Assembly: GCA_046758505.1 (NCBI GenBank) | Contig: JBHIAH010000077.1 | Location: 1-13,356 of the forward strand | DNA: 13,356 nucleotides | Direction of reading: 5' to 3' | From: Candidatus Methylomirabilales bacterium | Lineage (GTDB): Bacteria; Methylomirabilota; Methylomirabilia; Methylomirabilales; CSP1-5 | Part shown: positions 1-8,054 of the stretch, piece after piece | Position numbering within the stretch: position 1 is the stretch's first letter | How the letters are laid out: each line of letters opens with the position of its first letter | Made by a program: the position numbers and the translations under genes | Notes under the pieces: generated by a model | Databases searched by the model: none | What the model saw: the letters and a program-made list of their open reading frames with translations, nothing else | What the model was told of the DNA's origin: nothing

Positions 1-469
1 GCTCCTCGTACAGCTGGTAGCCGCCGCCGTTGTGAATCCAGGCCAGCCCGAGGTGGGCGTCCTGGCCAAAGACGGGCCCGGTGCCGAAGAGCGAGGCGAT
101 CTTGCTCTTGCCGTACCAGTAGACGGTCACACTGTGCGCCCCGTCGAGGACGCCTTTGTGGACGGCGTCCTGCACGCGGAAGGCCTTGACCACTGCGCCG
201 GAGACCAGATAGTCGATCTTGAGGCTGCCGCCCGACATCTGGTTCACGCGATTCACGTACTGCACGGCGTACTCGTTGAAGATGTCCTTGGCGCCCCAGG
301 CGCCCTGCATCTTGAGTACGACCGGCCTGGCCCTGACGACATTCGGGAAGCTCACCGTTGCCGCGCCGGCCGCCGCGGTCGCAACCGCGGCTTTCTTCAG
401 AAACGAACGCCGTGATACGCCCTGGGCCCCCTGTGGCTCTTGCTCCGGTTTCTTCTGCGTCTCGTTCAT
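1..469 (-). CDS. TRAP transporter substrate-binding protein (DctP fold, TakP/FcbT1-like) with Tat signal; 3' end runs off the window
   Basis: Hand translation from ATG at 469: MNETQKKPEQEPQGAQGVSRRSFLKKAAVATAAAGAATVSFPNVVRARPVVLKMQGAWGAKDIFNEYAVQYVNRVNQMSGGSLKIDYLVSGAVVKAFRVQDAVHKGVLDGAHSVTVYWYGKSKIASLFGTGPVFG...WIHNGGGYQLYEE. Twin-arginine SRRSFLK; MSGG.LKI, DAV..G.LDG.H, YWYGK and W...GGG..L motifs of TakP-type SBPs; RBS GGAGGGAGG at 472-480. Confidence 0.93.
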   Translation of the reverse strand, partial: MNETQKKPEQEPQGAQGVSRRSFLKKAAVATAAAGAATVSFPNVVRARPVVLKMQGAWGAKDIFNEYAVQYVNRVNQMSGGSLKIDYLVSGAVVKAFRVQDAVHKGVLDGAHSVTVYWYGKSKIASLFGTGPVFGQDAHLGLAWIHNGGGYQLYEE

Positions 470-717
470 AGCCTCCCTCCTTTGATGGTTGGGAATCCCG
501 TCACCCGCCTCACCGGAAAGACCAGGACCATCCCCCGGTCTCGCCGGTGTTCCCTCCTCTCCCTCTCGCCTCCGGGCCCGTCGGAAGTTCGAGAGACAGG
601 GCAGGAGTCCTGAAACCCGCGGAACGCTTGTCGTCCTGATTGGTGCAGGAAAACCCACGCAACGATTTATCACACAGTGAAAAGGCGTTATAATTCTTGA
701 AAAACAGGAGTACGCCG

Positions 718-746
718 TTTCTATCGCACGCATGACCCCCTGTCAA
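718..746 (-). promoter_or_regulatory. Putative sigma70 promoter for the TRAP gene
   Basis: TTGACA (746-741), 17-nt spacer, TAGAAA (723-718). Perfect -35, imperfect -10, in an AT-rich patch. Confidence 0.5.
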
Positions 747-859
747 GCAAAAAACGGTCGGGATTCACCAGTGTAGAGTCGAGCACAAAATGCGGTTTTA
801 GGATGGAAACGCTCCTGGGCAGCTCTGCCGCACTGATTACTGTCCCCTGCCCCCAATAA

Positions 860-966
860 CCGAATATGACGGGGGACATGGATGTTTGGCCCCGCTCCAC
901 AGCAGTCGGTCGGACTTTCGTCATGGAAACACCCCGGGGCCAAGCAATATTCCCCCGTCACTTCGG
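860..966. repeat. Long imperfect inverted repeat / hairpin (candidate structured RNA)
   Basis: Arms 860-894 and 935-966 contain perfectly complementary blocks CCGAA/TTCGG, TGACGGGGGA/TCCCCCGTCA and TTGGCCCCG/CGGGGCCAA. Confidence 0.75.
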
Positions 967-1073
967 AGGGCTCCCGCGTCCGCCAGCGGGAGGCGCCAGG
1001 GGCGTGTACCCCAAACGGAGGGGTTCATCCTGGAAACCGCAAACGCCAGGGCAGCGTTCCCCACCGCCTTTCC

Positions 1074-1394
1074 TCAATCAAGAACGTGGAGTTGGAGGTC
1101 GCGGTGCACGGTCCTCCGGTACTCCTCGACGAAAGCGCGGGCTGCTGCTGCATTCGTGTCCCGGTAGTACTCCAGGACATCCCCGTGCTCGTCCCTGAAC
1201 TGCCCGATGACCTCATAGCCTAGGGTGAGAAAGAAGACCTTGCGGGGTCGGGCGATCACGTCAGGTCCCTCCCCCGTGACGTAGCGTCCCGAGGCGTGAT
1301 CCCGCGTCAGACAGCAGGTAAATTCACTCCCAAAGTGCTTCTTCACCAGCACTTCAATCTGTCCGAGATCGACGTCACTGCTCTGTAGCGGCAT
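1074..1394 (-). CDS. Hypothetical soluble protein, 106 aa
   Basis: In frame with the 1074..1586 ORF; ATG at 1394 preceded by GGAGGGG; MPLQSSDVDLGQIEVLVKKHFGSEFTCCLTRD... has protein-like composition; co-oriented with neighbours. Family not recognised. Confidence 0.75.
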   Translation of the reverse strand: MPLQSSDVDLGQIEVLVKKHFGSEFTCCLTRDHASGRYVTGEGPDVIARPRKVFFLTLGYEVIGQFRDEHGDVLEYYRDTNAAAARAFVEEYRRTVHRDLQLHVLD

Positions 1395-1473
1395 CTGCCC
1401 CTCCATCACGCCACGCACCCAGCAGGCACTGACGTCCCCCCCCGGGCCTGTCCCATGGGCCGCGCGGTGCGCG

Positions 1474-2397
1474 CTACCCCAGAATAGCCCGGAGCGCCGC
1501 CTCCAACGCGGGATGGCGAAAGGTGTAGCCGGCCTCTCGAATGCGCGTGGGCAGGACCCGCTGGCTGGCGAGTAAGGCGTCACCAAACTCGCCGAGGATC
1601 AATCGGAGGCCAAAGGCCGGGGCGGGGAGCAGCGCGGGGCGGTGCAGCAGCCGCGCCAGCGTCTGGGTGAACTCCCGATTGCGGACAGGAGCCGGGGCGG
1701 TGACGTTGACCGGGCCGCTCACGCTCGGATGCTCGATCGCGTGGAGGATGATGCCTACGACATCATCCAGGTGGACCCACGGCACCCACTGCTTCCCGTT
1801 CCCGAGCGGTCCCCCGAGGCCCAGCCTGAACGGGAGCAGCATCTGCTTGAGCGCCCCGCCTCCGCGGCCCAGGACGAGCCCGCTGCGCAGCATCACCACG
1901 CGCACGCCTAACGCCTCCGCCCGTCGGGCCTCGGCCTCCCACCCCTGGCAGACCTCTGCAAGAAAGTCTTGGCCCGGACCGGCCTGTTCGGTCAGTTCCT
2001 CCTCCCCGCGGCTGCCGTAATACCCGACGGCCGAGGCACACACGAGCACCCCGGGCTTTGACTTCGCCTCGCCGATGGCCTCGACCAGATGCCGCGTACC
2101 GATAATCCGACTGTCCCGGATGGCCCGCTTCTTCAGCGCGTTCCACCGTCCGGCCACACTCTCGCCCGCCAGATGCACCACCGCGGCGGCCCCCTGGACG
2201 GCCGCCACGGGGGCGGGCTCCAGCTTTGGCCGCCACCGATACGCCTCCTTCACCCCGGGCACAAGCGCCTTGGCCCTGTCCGGACGCCGGCTGAAGAGAG
2301 TGAAAGTCAGCCCCCGCTCCTTCAGGGTTGCGCACAGGGCCTGACCGACGAACCCTGTCGCGCCCGACACCAACACGGGCGTTGGAATCTCTGCCAC
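1474..2397 (-). CDS. TIGR01777-family NAD(P)-dependent epimerase/oxidoreductase (YfcH/SDR39U1-like)
   Basis: VLVSGATGFVG Rossmann motif, VHLAGESV..RW...K..IRDSR, ASAVGYYG, FLAEVCQGWE, GLGGPLGNGKQWVPWVHLDD, GPVNVTAP, LLASQRVLP; GTG start with RBS GGAGGG at 2405-2410. Confidence 0.96.
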   Translation of the reverse strand: MAEIPTPVLVSGATGFVGQALCATLKERGLTFTLFSRRPDRAKALVPGVKEAYRWRPKLEPAPVAAVQGAAAVVHLAGESVAGRWNALKKRAIRDSRIIGTRHLVEAIGEAKSKPGVLVCASAVGYYGSRGEEELTEQAGPGQDFLAEVCQGWEAEARRAEALGVRVVMLRSGLVLGRGGGALKQMLLPFRLGLGGPLGNGKQWVPWVHLDDVVGIILHAIEHPSVSGPVNVTAPAPVRNREFTQTLARLLHRPALLPAPAFGLRLILGEFGDALLASQRVLPTRIREAGYTFRHPALEAALRAILG

Positions 2398-2438
2398 CTG
2401 TGTTCCCTCCGCTCCGGCTATACCCGGCAGTGCGTCTC

Positions 2439-2467
2439 ACTCTAGGCGAGGCGTCTCGCCGTGTCAA
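2439..2467 (-). promoter_or_regulatory. Sigma70 promoter for the TIGR01777 gene
   Basis: TTGACA (2467-2462), 17-nt spacer, TAGAGT (2444-2439), about 40 nt upstream of the GTG start. Confidence 0.7.
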
Positions 2468-2481
2468 GGAGGGGACATGGC

Positions 2482-2517
2482 AAAAGGACGGGCCGGCGCG
2501 ATCGCGCCGGCCCGTCC
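2482..2517 (-). terminator. Rho-independent terminator after the aldehyde dehydrogenase gene
   Basis: Perfect 32-bp palindrome GGACGGGCCGGCGCGATCGCGCCGGCCCGTCC (2486-2517) followed by TTTT on the minus strand, 20 nt after the stop codon. Confidence 0.8.
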
Positions 2518-2537
2518 ACAGGTCGCGCACGCGGAGG

Positions 2538-4004
2538 CTACGTGGGGAGATTGACGACGACCGACTTCACCTCCATGTACTCCTCGAGTCCCTCCTTGCC
2601 CCCCTCGCGGCCCAGGCCGGACTCCTTGAAGCCACCGAAGGGAATCTCGTGCGTGTACCCGGCCGCGTCGTTGACCCCCACCAAGCCGTACTCGAGCGCC
2701 TCGGCCACCCGAACCACCCGCCCCAAATCTCTGGTATACAGGTAGCTGGCGAGGCCGTAGATGGTATCGTTCGCTCGCTCGATCAGCTCTTCTTCGGTCT
2801 TGAACGTCAGGATGGGGGCGACCGGTCCGAAGATCTCCTCCTGGCAGACCGGCCAGTGATCCTTGACCTTGAGGACGACCGTGGGGGCGTAGAAGTACCC
2901 CTTGGCATAGGCGCCTTCTTTCATGGGACCGCCACCCAGCACGACCTCGGCGCCCCGGGACAGCGCGTCCTCCACCAGGCCGTGGACCTTCTTGCGGGTC
3001 TCCTCGTTGATGAGGGGCCCCACCTGCATCCCAGGCTCGAACCCTGGCCCGACCTTCAGGGCCTTGACTTTCTCGATGAAGGCCGGAACGAACCGGTCGG
3101 CGATGCTCTCCTGCACGTAGAGCCGGTTCGCACAAATGCACGACTGCCCGCCGACCCGGAGGTACTTGATGGCGACGGCCCCCTCCACCGCCGCCTCGAA
3201 GTCTGCATCGTCAAAGACGATGAAGGGCGCATTGCCGCCGAGCTCGAACGAGATGCGCTTGATCGACTTGGCCGCCTGCTCCATGAGGGTCTTCCCCACC
3301 TCGGTGGACCCGGTGAACCCAATCTTCTTGACCTTGGGGTTGTTGAGCAACTCCTCAGCGATCGGCCGGGATTTGGCTCCCGTCACGACGTTCAGGACCC
3401 CGGGAGGGATGCCCGCGTCGTGGCACGCCTGGGTGATGGCGAGCGCCGTGAGCGGCGTGGCCGACGCTGGCTTCAGGATCACTGTGCACCCGGCGGCCAT
3501 GGCCGGTGCGATCTTCCGGGTGATCATATTGGCCGGGAAGTTCCAGGGGGTGATGGCCCCGACGACCCCCACCGGCTGGGCCATGACCCACAGCCGCTTG
3601 TTGGGAAACGGGGACGGCACCAGGTCGCCGTAGCCCCGGCGCGCCTCTTCGGCAAACCAGCCGAAGTACCCCATCGAGAAGCCGACCTCCCCTTTGGCCT
3701 CGGCAAACGGTTTGCCGTTCTCGAGCACCACCAGCCTGGCAATCTCATCCACCCGCTCCTGCATGATGCTCTGGACTTTCTTCAGGATCTCGCCGCGCTG
3801 CTTGGGCGGCGTGGCCGCCCACCCCCTGAAGGCCCGGTGCGCGGCGTCGATAGCCCGTTTCGTTTCCGCCACGCCGCCGTCGGCCACATCCGCCACGTGC
3901 TCCCCCGTGGCCGGGTCGCGGACCTCGAAGGTTCGTCCCCCTCCTGCCTCCGTCCACTGCCCGTCGATAAAGAGCTGTCGTACGCCCTCTTTTCCCTTCG
4001 CCAT
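2538..4004 (-). CDS. gabD: NAD(P)-dependent succinate-semialdehyde dehydrogenase-like aldehyde dehydrogenase (ALDH5/GabD family), 488 aa
   Basis: ITPWNFP, MITRK, KPAS.TP, FTGSTEVGK, catalytic ELGGNAP, GQSCIC, EEIFGPV, PFGGFKESGLGREG. Start moved to ATG 4004 because GGAGGAGG lies just upstream. Confidence 0.88.
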   Translation of the reverse strand: MAKGKEGVRQLFIDGQWTEAGGGRTFEVRDPATGEHVADVADGGVAETKRAIDAAHRAFRGWAATPPKQRGEILKKVQSIMQERVDEIARLVVLENGKPFAEAKGEVGFSMGYFGWFAEEARRGYGDLVPSPFPNKRLWVMAQPVGVVGAITPWNFPANMITRKIAPAMAAGCTVILKPASATPLTALAITQACHDAGIPPGVLNVVTGAKSRPIAEELLNNPKVKKIGFTGSTEVGKTLMEQAAKSIKRISFELGGNAPFIVFDDADFEAAVEGAVAIKYLRVGGQSCICANRLYVQESIADRFVPAFIEKVKALKVGPGFEPGMQVGPLINEETRKKVHGLVEDALSRGAEVVLGGGPMKEGAYAKGYFYAPTVVLKVKDHWPVCQEEIFGPVAPILTFKTEEELIERANDTIYGLASYLYTRDLGRVVRVAEALEYGLVGVNDAAGYTHEIPFGGFKESGLGREGGKEGLEEYMEVKSVVVNLPT

Positions 4005-4103
4005 CACGCCCCTCCTCCCCCCCATACGGGGGGGCCATCAAACGTTCCGGGCCTTCCTCCGGGCAGCCCGTCCGGTTCCCCGTTCGGCGAACATCCGCCA
4101 AAC

Positions 4104-4141
4104 ACAATTTTATTGTATCGACTTACGAAAACCATCCGCAA
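4104..4141 (-). promoter_or_regulatory. Putative sigma70 promoter for the gabD-like gene with an overlapping inverted repeat
   Basis: TTGCGG (4141-4136), 18-nt spacer, TACAAT (4117-4112); ACAAT-N3-ATTGT palindrome at 4104-4116. Confidence 0.5.
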
Positions 4142-4233
4142 GAGAAAGTTTTCCCTCGGAACGCCCTTTTTTCTGGTTTTCGTCTGGCGGGATTGGAAGC
4201 GCGGGGCGGTCTCAGCCTCCTTCGACGTGAGGC

Positions 4234-6423
4234 TCAGGGCAAAGCGTGGGCGAGAAGCTCTGCGATGTGTTTGACCTCGATGGGACTCCCCCGCTTCAGC
4301 AACCCACCCCGAATCTGGAGGAGACAGCCGGGGCTGTCCAGGGCCACGACCCGCGCCCCGGTCCGCTCGATCGCCGCGATCTTCCGCCCGAGCACTTCGC
4401 CGGCAACATCCGGATAGTCCGCGGAGAAGTGACCCCCAAAGCCGCAGCACTCCCCGATCTCGTCGAGTTCCCGCAGTTCGTACTGCGTGAGCATGCGGAG
4501 GAGCCGGCGCTGGGGCTCCTGGACCCGGAGCCCCCGAAGGGCACTACACGAATCGTGGTAGGCGAGCGGAATCTTCTCACCGGTGGCGTCCCCCAGGGTC
4601 CCGTCCCCGAGCCCCAGCACCTCGACCAGATACTCGGAGAAGTCGAGCGTCCGGGCCGCGAGGGACTCCCCCCGCCCTTCCCACAGGGGGTCTCCCTTGA
4701 CGAGCTTGGGGATGTACTGCTTCAGGGTGATCCCGCAGGGAGGCGTGGCGGTCACGATGGGCTCTCCCGGACGTGCCTCCAGGGCCGCGATCAGGGCCCT
4801 GGCCATCCGGCCCGCCGTCTCCCGGTGCCCTTCATAATAGGCCGGCAGGCCGCAACAACTCTGGGCCTTCGGGTAGTGCACGGTGACCCCATAGTGATTC
4901 AAGACCTTGACCACTGCCTGGCCGATCTCCGGGTAGAACTGATCGATGAGGCAGCTCCCGAAGAAAGTCACCGTCCGCGTCGCCTCCCCCCGGGCCGGCA
5001 CGACTTCCCCGATCCGGCTTCGGAGGGGACGGGCAGCCACCGCCGGCATCGCCCGGATGCTGGTGAGGTTTCTCAGAGGCCGGGGGAGCTCGCGAAGCAC
5101 CCTTCGTCCCCGGGTGAGGGGCAACTGCGCGATGGCCCCCAGCCGAAGGGCCAAATGGAAGAGGCTCGGGTTGGGGAGGATCTTGTCGAGAAACAGGCGG
5201 CGGATCCCCTTCGCCCTCTTCTCGTGCTCCTCCTGTTGCACGATCCGGGTCCGCATGGCGACGATCATGCGCGGGAGGTCGATCTCGACCGGGCAGGCAT
5301 CGGCACAGGCCCGACAGAGCAGGCAGGCCTCCTGCGGGACCGCCGCCGCCGCCCAGCCGTGGTGAAACGGAGTGATCACGGTCCCGATGACGCCGGTGTA
5401 GATGTGGCCGAATACGTGCCCGCCCACGACCCGGTACGTCGGACAGACGTTCGCGCACGAGGCACAGCGGATGCAGTACAAGGCCTCCCGGAACTCCGGA
5501 TCTTCCCGCATGGCCCGCCGGCCGTTATCCAACAGGACGATATGCATTTCCGCTGCGGCGGGGCCGCGGAACTCCCCCGGCCTGGGGATTCGGCTCGCCC
5601 CCGTCTTGCCCGTGATGAAGGTGGTGTAGACCGTGAGCTGCTGGGCCGTGGCCGTCTTGGCCAGGAGCTCGAGGTGCGACGTGGCGTCCTCGATGGTCGG
5701 CACGAGCTTGTCGTAGCCTAACAGGGCCACATGGATGGGCGGAAGGCTGGTGACCAGCCTGCCATTCCCCTCATTGGTCACGATGATGACGGTGCCGGTC
5801 TCGGCCACGGCGATGTTGGCCCCCGAGATTCCCATCCCGGCGCTCAGGAACTTCTCCCGGAGCTCTTCCCGGGCCAGGCGGACCATCAGGCCGATGTCGG
5901 TAGGCACCTCACGCCCCAAGGCCTTGGAGAAGATGCCGGCCACCTCCTCCTTACTCATGTGGATACACGGCATGACGCTGTGGGACGGGTGTGCGCCCGC
6001 CTGCTGGATGATCCATTCCCCCAGGTCCGCCTCCAACGGGGTAATGCCAAGCTGCTCCAGGTGCCGGTTGAGCTCGATCTCTTCGGACACCATCGACTTG
6101 GACTTGACCACCAGCTCCACTCCCCGCTCTCGGGCGAGCGCACCGATATATCGGTTGGCCTCCTCGGCCGTTTTCGCTTCGTACACGAAGGCGCCGACCC
6201 GCCTGGCCGCGTCCACGAACTGCCCTGCGAGCTCCGGGAGACGCTCGATCGCGTCTTCTTTCATCCGGCGAAGGCGCGCTCGGTGTTCTTCGTAGTCGAG
6301 GACGGCGAGGGCATTTTTCCTGGCCGTGCGGTAGGCGGTCCCGAATCGGCCCAGGTTTTCCCGGATCCGAGGATTCGCCAGGGCGCCCGCCGCCCGACGC
6401 CGAAACTCGTCCTGGCGGGTCAT
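4234..6423 (-). CDS. lutB: LutB-LutA fusion (LUD domain, 2x[4Fe-4S] ferredoxin, two CCG domains); lactate dehydrogenase large subunit type
   Basis: VKSKSMVSEEI, DLGEWIIQ, GISGAN..VAETG...VTNEGN, VLLDNGR, CIRCASCANVCP and CLLCRACADACP, then FFGSCL...QSCCG...PPCG and YHDSC...ECCGFGG...SPGC. Confidence 0.93.
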   Translation of the reverse strand: MTRQDEFRRRAAGALANPRIRENLGRFGTAYRTARKNALAVLDYEEHRARLRRMKEDAIERLPELAGQFVDAARRVGAFVYEAKTAEEANRYIGALARERGVELVVKSKSMVSEEIELNRHLEQLGITPLEADLGEWIIQQAGAHPSHSVMPCIHMSKEEVAGIFSKALGREVPTDIGLMVRLAREELREKFLSAGMGISGANIAVAETGTVIIVTNEGNGRLVTSLPPIHVALLGYDKLVPTIEDATSHLELLAKTATAQQLTVYTTFITGKTGASRIPRPGEFRGPAAAEMHIVLLDNGRRAMREDPEFREALYCIRCASCANVCPTYRVVGGHVFGHIYTGVIGTVITPFHHGWAAAAVPQEACLLCRACADACPVEIDLPRMIVAMRTRIVQQEEHEKRAKGIRRLFLDKILPNPSLFHLALRLGAIAQLPLTRGRRVLRELPRPLRNLTSIRAMPAVAARPLRSRIGEVVPARGEATRTVTFFGSCLIDQFYPEIGQAVVKVLNHYGVTVHYPKAQSCCGLPAYYEGHRETAGRMARALIAALEARPGEPIVTATPPCGITLKQYIPKLVKGDPLWEGRGESLAARTLDFSEYLVEVLGLGDGTLGDATGEKIPLAYHDSCSALRGLRVQEPQRRLLRMLTQYELRELDEIGECCGFGGHFSADYPDVAGEVLGRKIAAIERTGARVVALDSPGCLLQIRGGLLKRGSPIEVKHIAELLAHALP

Positions 6424-7061
6424 GGCAGGACCCCCTTTCCGGTGGCGGGGAGGAGAAAGACATGAAGCTCCCGGGGCCCATGGACGCCGATGGTCAGCAC
6501 CCGTTCAATGTCCGCGGTGCGACTGGGACCCGTGACCCACGAGAGATAGGAGGATTGGCCCTGCACCTGCGATTTCAGGATCAGGTACCGCGTGAGGAGC
6601 AAGCCGTCCTCCAGAGAGTCCACGACCGCATCCCGGGGGAGGAGGGCCACATGGATCTCCGGAAGCATGCTGAGCAGACGCCCGTCCGCCTCGTCCAGAT
6701 GCACGAGGATCGAGCCGGTCTCGGCCACCCCCAAGGCCGCCCGGGTCACCCCGATCCCGGCCTGCAGGAGCGCGTCGGGACTCGGGCCGGCCGCCAGGCC
6801 AATGCTCGCCTCGGCCAGCGCGCTGTCAAGATTCAGCGCGGTGGCAAGGTCGGCGTCGGCCGTCTGGCAGAAGGTCACCCCCTGCGCCTTGGCCAGGGCG
6901 GCAATGGAGAACGCCACCGCCTGCGGATCGGTCACGTCCCGGATCGCCCCCCCGACCCGCTCGACCTCGGCCACAAATCGAGACAGGATAGAGGACTGAC
7001 GGCGACGGCTCTCCTCCCAGGCTTGGCGAATCCGCCCCTCCAGTTGCTTGAGGACAGGCAC
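6420..7061 (-). CDS. lutC: LutC/LldG (YkgG)-family LUD-domain protein
   Basis: GVAETGS, RLLSMLPEIHVALL and the diagnostic VTGPSRTADIERVLTIGVHGPRELHV; ATGA overlap with the downstream gene; RBS GGAGGG before the GTG start. Confidence 0.95.
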   Translation of the reverse strand: MPVLKQLEGRIRQAWEESRRRQSSILSRFVAEVERVGGAIRDVTDPQAVAFSIAALAKAQGVTFCQTADADLATALNLDSALAEASIGLAAGPSPDALLQAGIGVTRAALGVAETGSILVHLDEADGRLLSMLPEIHVALLPRDAVVDSLEDGLLLTRYLILKSQVQGQSSYLSWVTGPSRTADIERVLTIGVHGPRELHVFLLPATGKGVLP

Positions 7062-7255
7062 GGATCGGCCCTCCGGTGAGACACCTCGAGAAAAGGACAG
7101 ATCGTCCGAGAGGATTCCTACCTAACACCCGCGGGAAGGAAAAGTCAAGGCAAGAAAGGTCGGCACGGGGTCGGGTGGCGGGGAAAGTTAGACGGCGTCT
7201 GCTGGGACAAGAACGGGTCGTCCCAGCGCCAGAGGCAGCCGGACAGGCGAAGGCA

Positions 7256-8053
7256 TCAGATCTGTGCCATCTCCTTGACCACCCCCAGCAGATCCTCCTG
7301 CGGAAGCTCCGAAACCACAGAGTAGAGAAGCGTACCCTTCTTCCACAGGACCATGCCGTACCCCTTCTGGGACCCCACGTACACCTCGAGCCCATCCAGC
7401 CGGCGGAACCCGTGCCGGGGGATCGCAACCCCCTCTTGGGGCAGGACGAACAGGGTCACGAGTTTCTCACCTTTCCCGTACAGGAGGCAGGCAACCTTTT
7501 GCTCCAAGAAGTAGGTCGCATCTCCGCCGATGAACCGGAGCCCTCCCGTCTCTCCGGGCGGGGGATCGATGTGGAAGCCCACCAGGGGTTCCAGCCATCG
7601 CCGGACCTGGAGCCGGTCGGCGGTGGACCCGATCCGGGGATTGACCTTCATGGCCAACCGGATGTGGTCATTCACCGCCTCGACCAGGATGGGCGGGGGC
7701 CCTTCCTCGTGACCTCGAGTCCACAGCGCGATGGGAATAAGGCTGATCAGGAGAAGGGCAGCAACCGCCATCCCCCACTGGGGAATGGGCCACGGCAGCA
7801 GCCTCGCGAGTCGCCCCTCCTTGGGGGCCATCATCTCTTGGACCTTCCGCCTGAGTGCCGCGGGGACCTCTCGCCGGGGCACCTCGGCGGCCACCCGGCT
7901 TCGGACCTCTCGCTGGAGCGCGAGCTCCCCGGCACAGGCCGGACAGCTCTCGAAATGGGCTCGGAGCCTCCCTTCCCGATCCGGCGCCAGCGAGGCATCC
8001 ATGAATTCTTGGAGGCATTCCCGCGTTTCCTGACAGGTCGCGACGTTTTTCAT
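7256..8053 (-). CDS. Transmembrane anti-sigma factor with zf-HC2 (ZAS) domain and a periplasmic RsiW/PrtR-like C-terminal domain, ~265 aa
   Basis: C...(DASL)...HFESCPAC (HxxxCxxC), one TM segment (WGMAVAALLLISLIPIALW), then GLRFIGG...ACLLYG...VTLFV. ATG 8053 lies right after the sigma stop with GGAG upstream; alternative start 8065. Confidence 0.92.
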   Translation of the reverse strand: MKNVATCQETRECLQEFMDASLAPDREGRLRAHFESCPACAGELALQREVRSRVAAEVPRREVPAALRRKVQEMMAPKEGRLARLLPWPIPQWGMAVAALLLISLIPIALWTRGHEEGPPPILVEAVNDHIRLAMKVNPRIGSTADRLQVRRWLEPLVGFHIDPPPGETGGLRFIGGDATYFLEQKVACLLYGKGEKLVTLFVLPQEGVAIPRHGFRRLDGLEVYVGSQKGYGMVLWKKGTLLYSVVSELPQEDLLGVVKEMAQI

Positions 8054-8054
8054 G

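Noticed and set aside
32..1223. Short overlapping ORFs around the first intergenic region
   Set aside because: Antisense to the TRAP or hypothetical genes, or Pro/Arg/Gly-rich without an RBS.
1395..1586. N-terminal extension of the hypothetical ORF (170-aa version)
   Set aside because: Overlaps the TIGR01777 gene; the RBS supports ATG 1394.
2486..2517. Perfect 32-bp palindrome as a recombination site or CRISPR repeat
   Set aside because: Single copy, placed right after a stop codon and followed by a T-run; a terminator explains it.
2328..4274. 648-aa + strand ORF
   Set aside because: Antisense shadow of the ALDH gene; long antisense frames are common in GC-rich coding DNA; no recognisable motifs.
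7119..7148. Sigma70 promoter or LldR-type operator upstream of lutC
   Set aside because: TTGACT is a good -35 but the -10 is poor, and no convincing FadR-type TGGTC-GACCA box is present.
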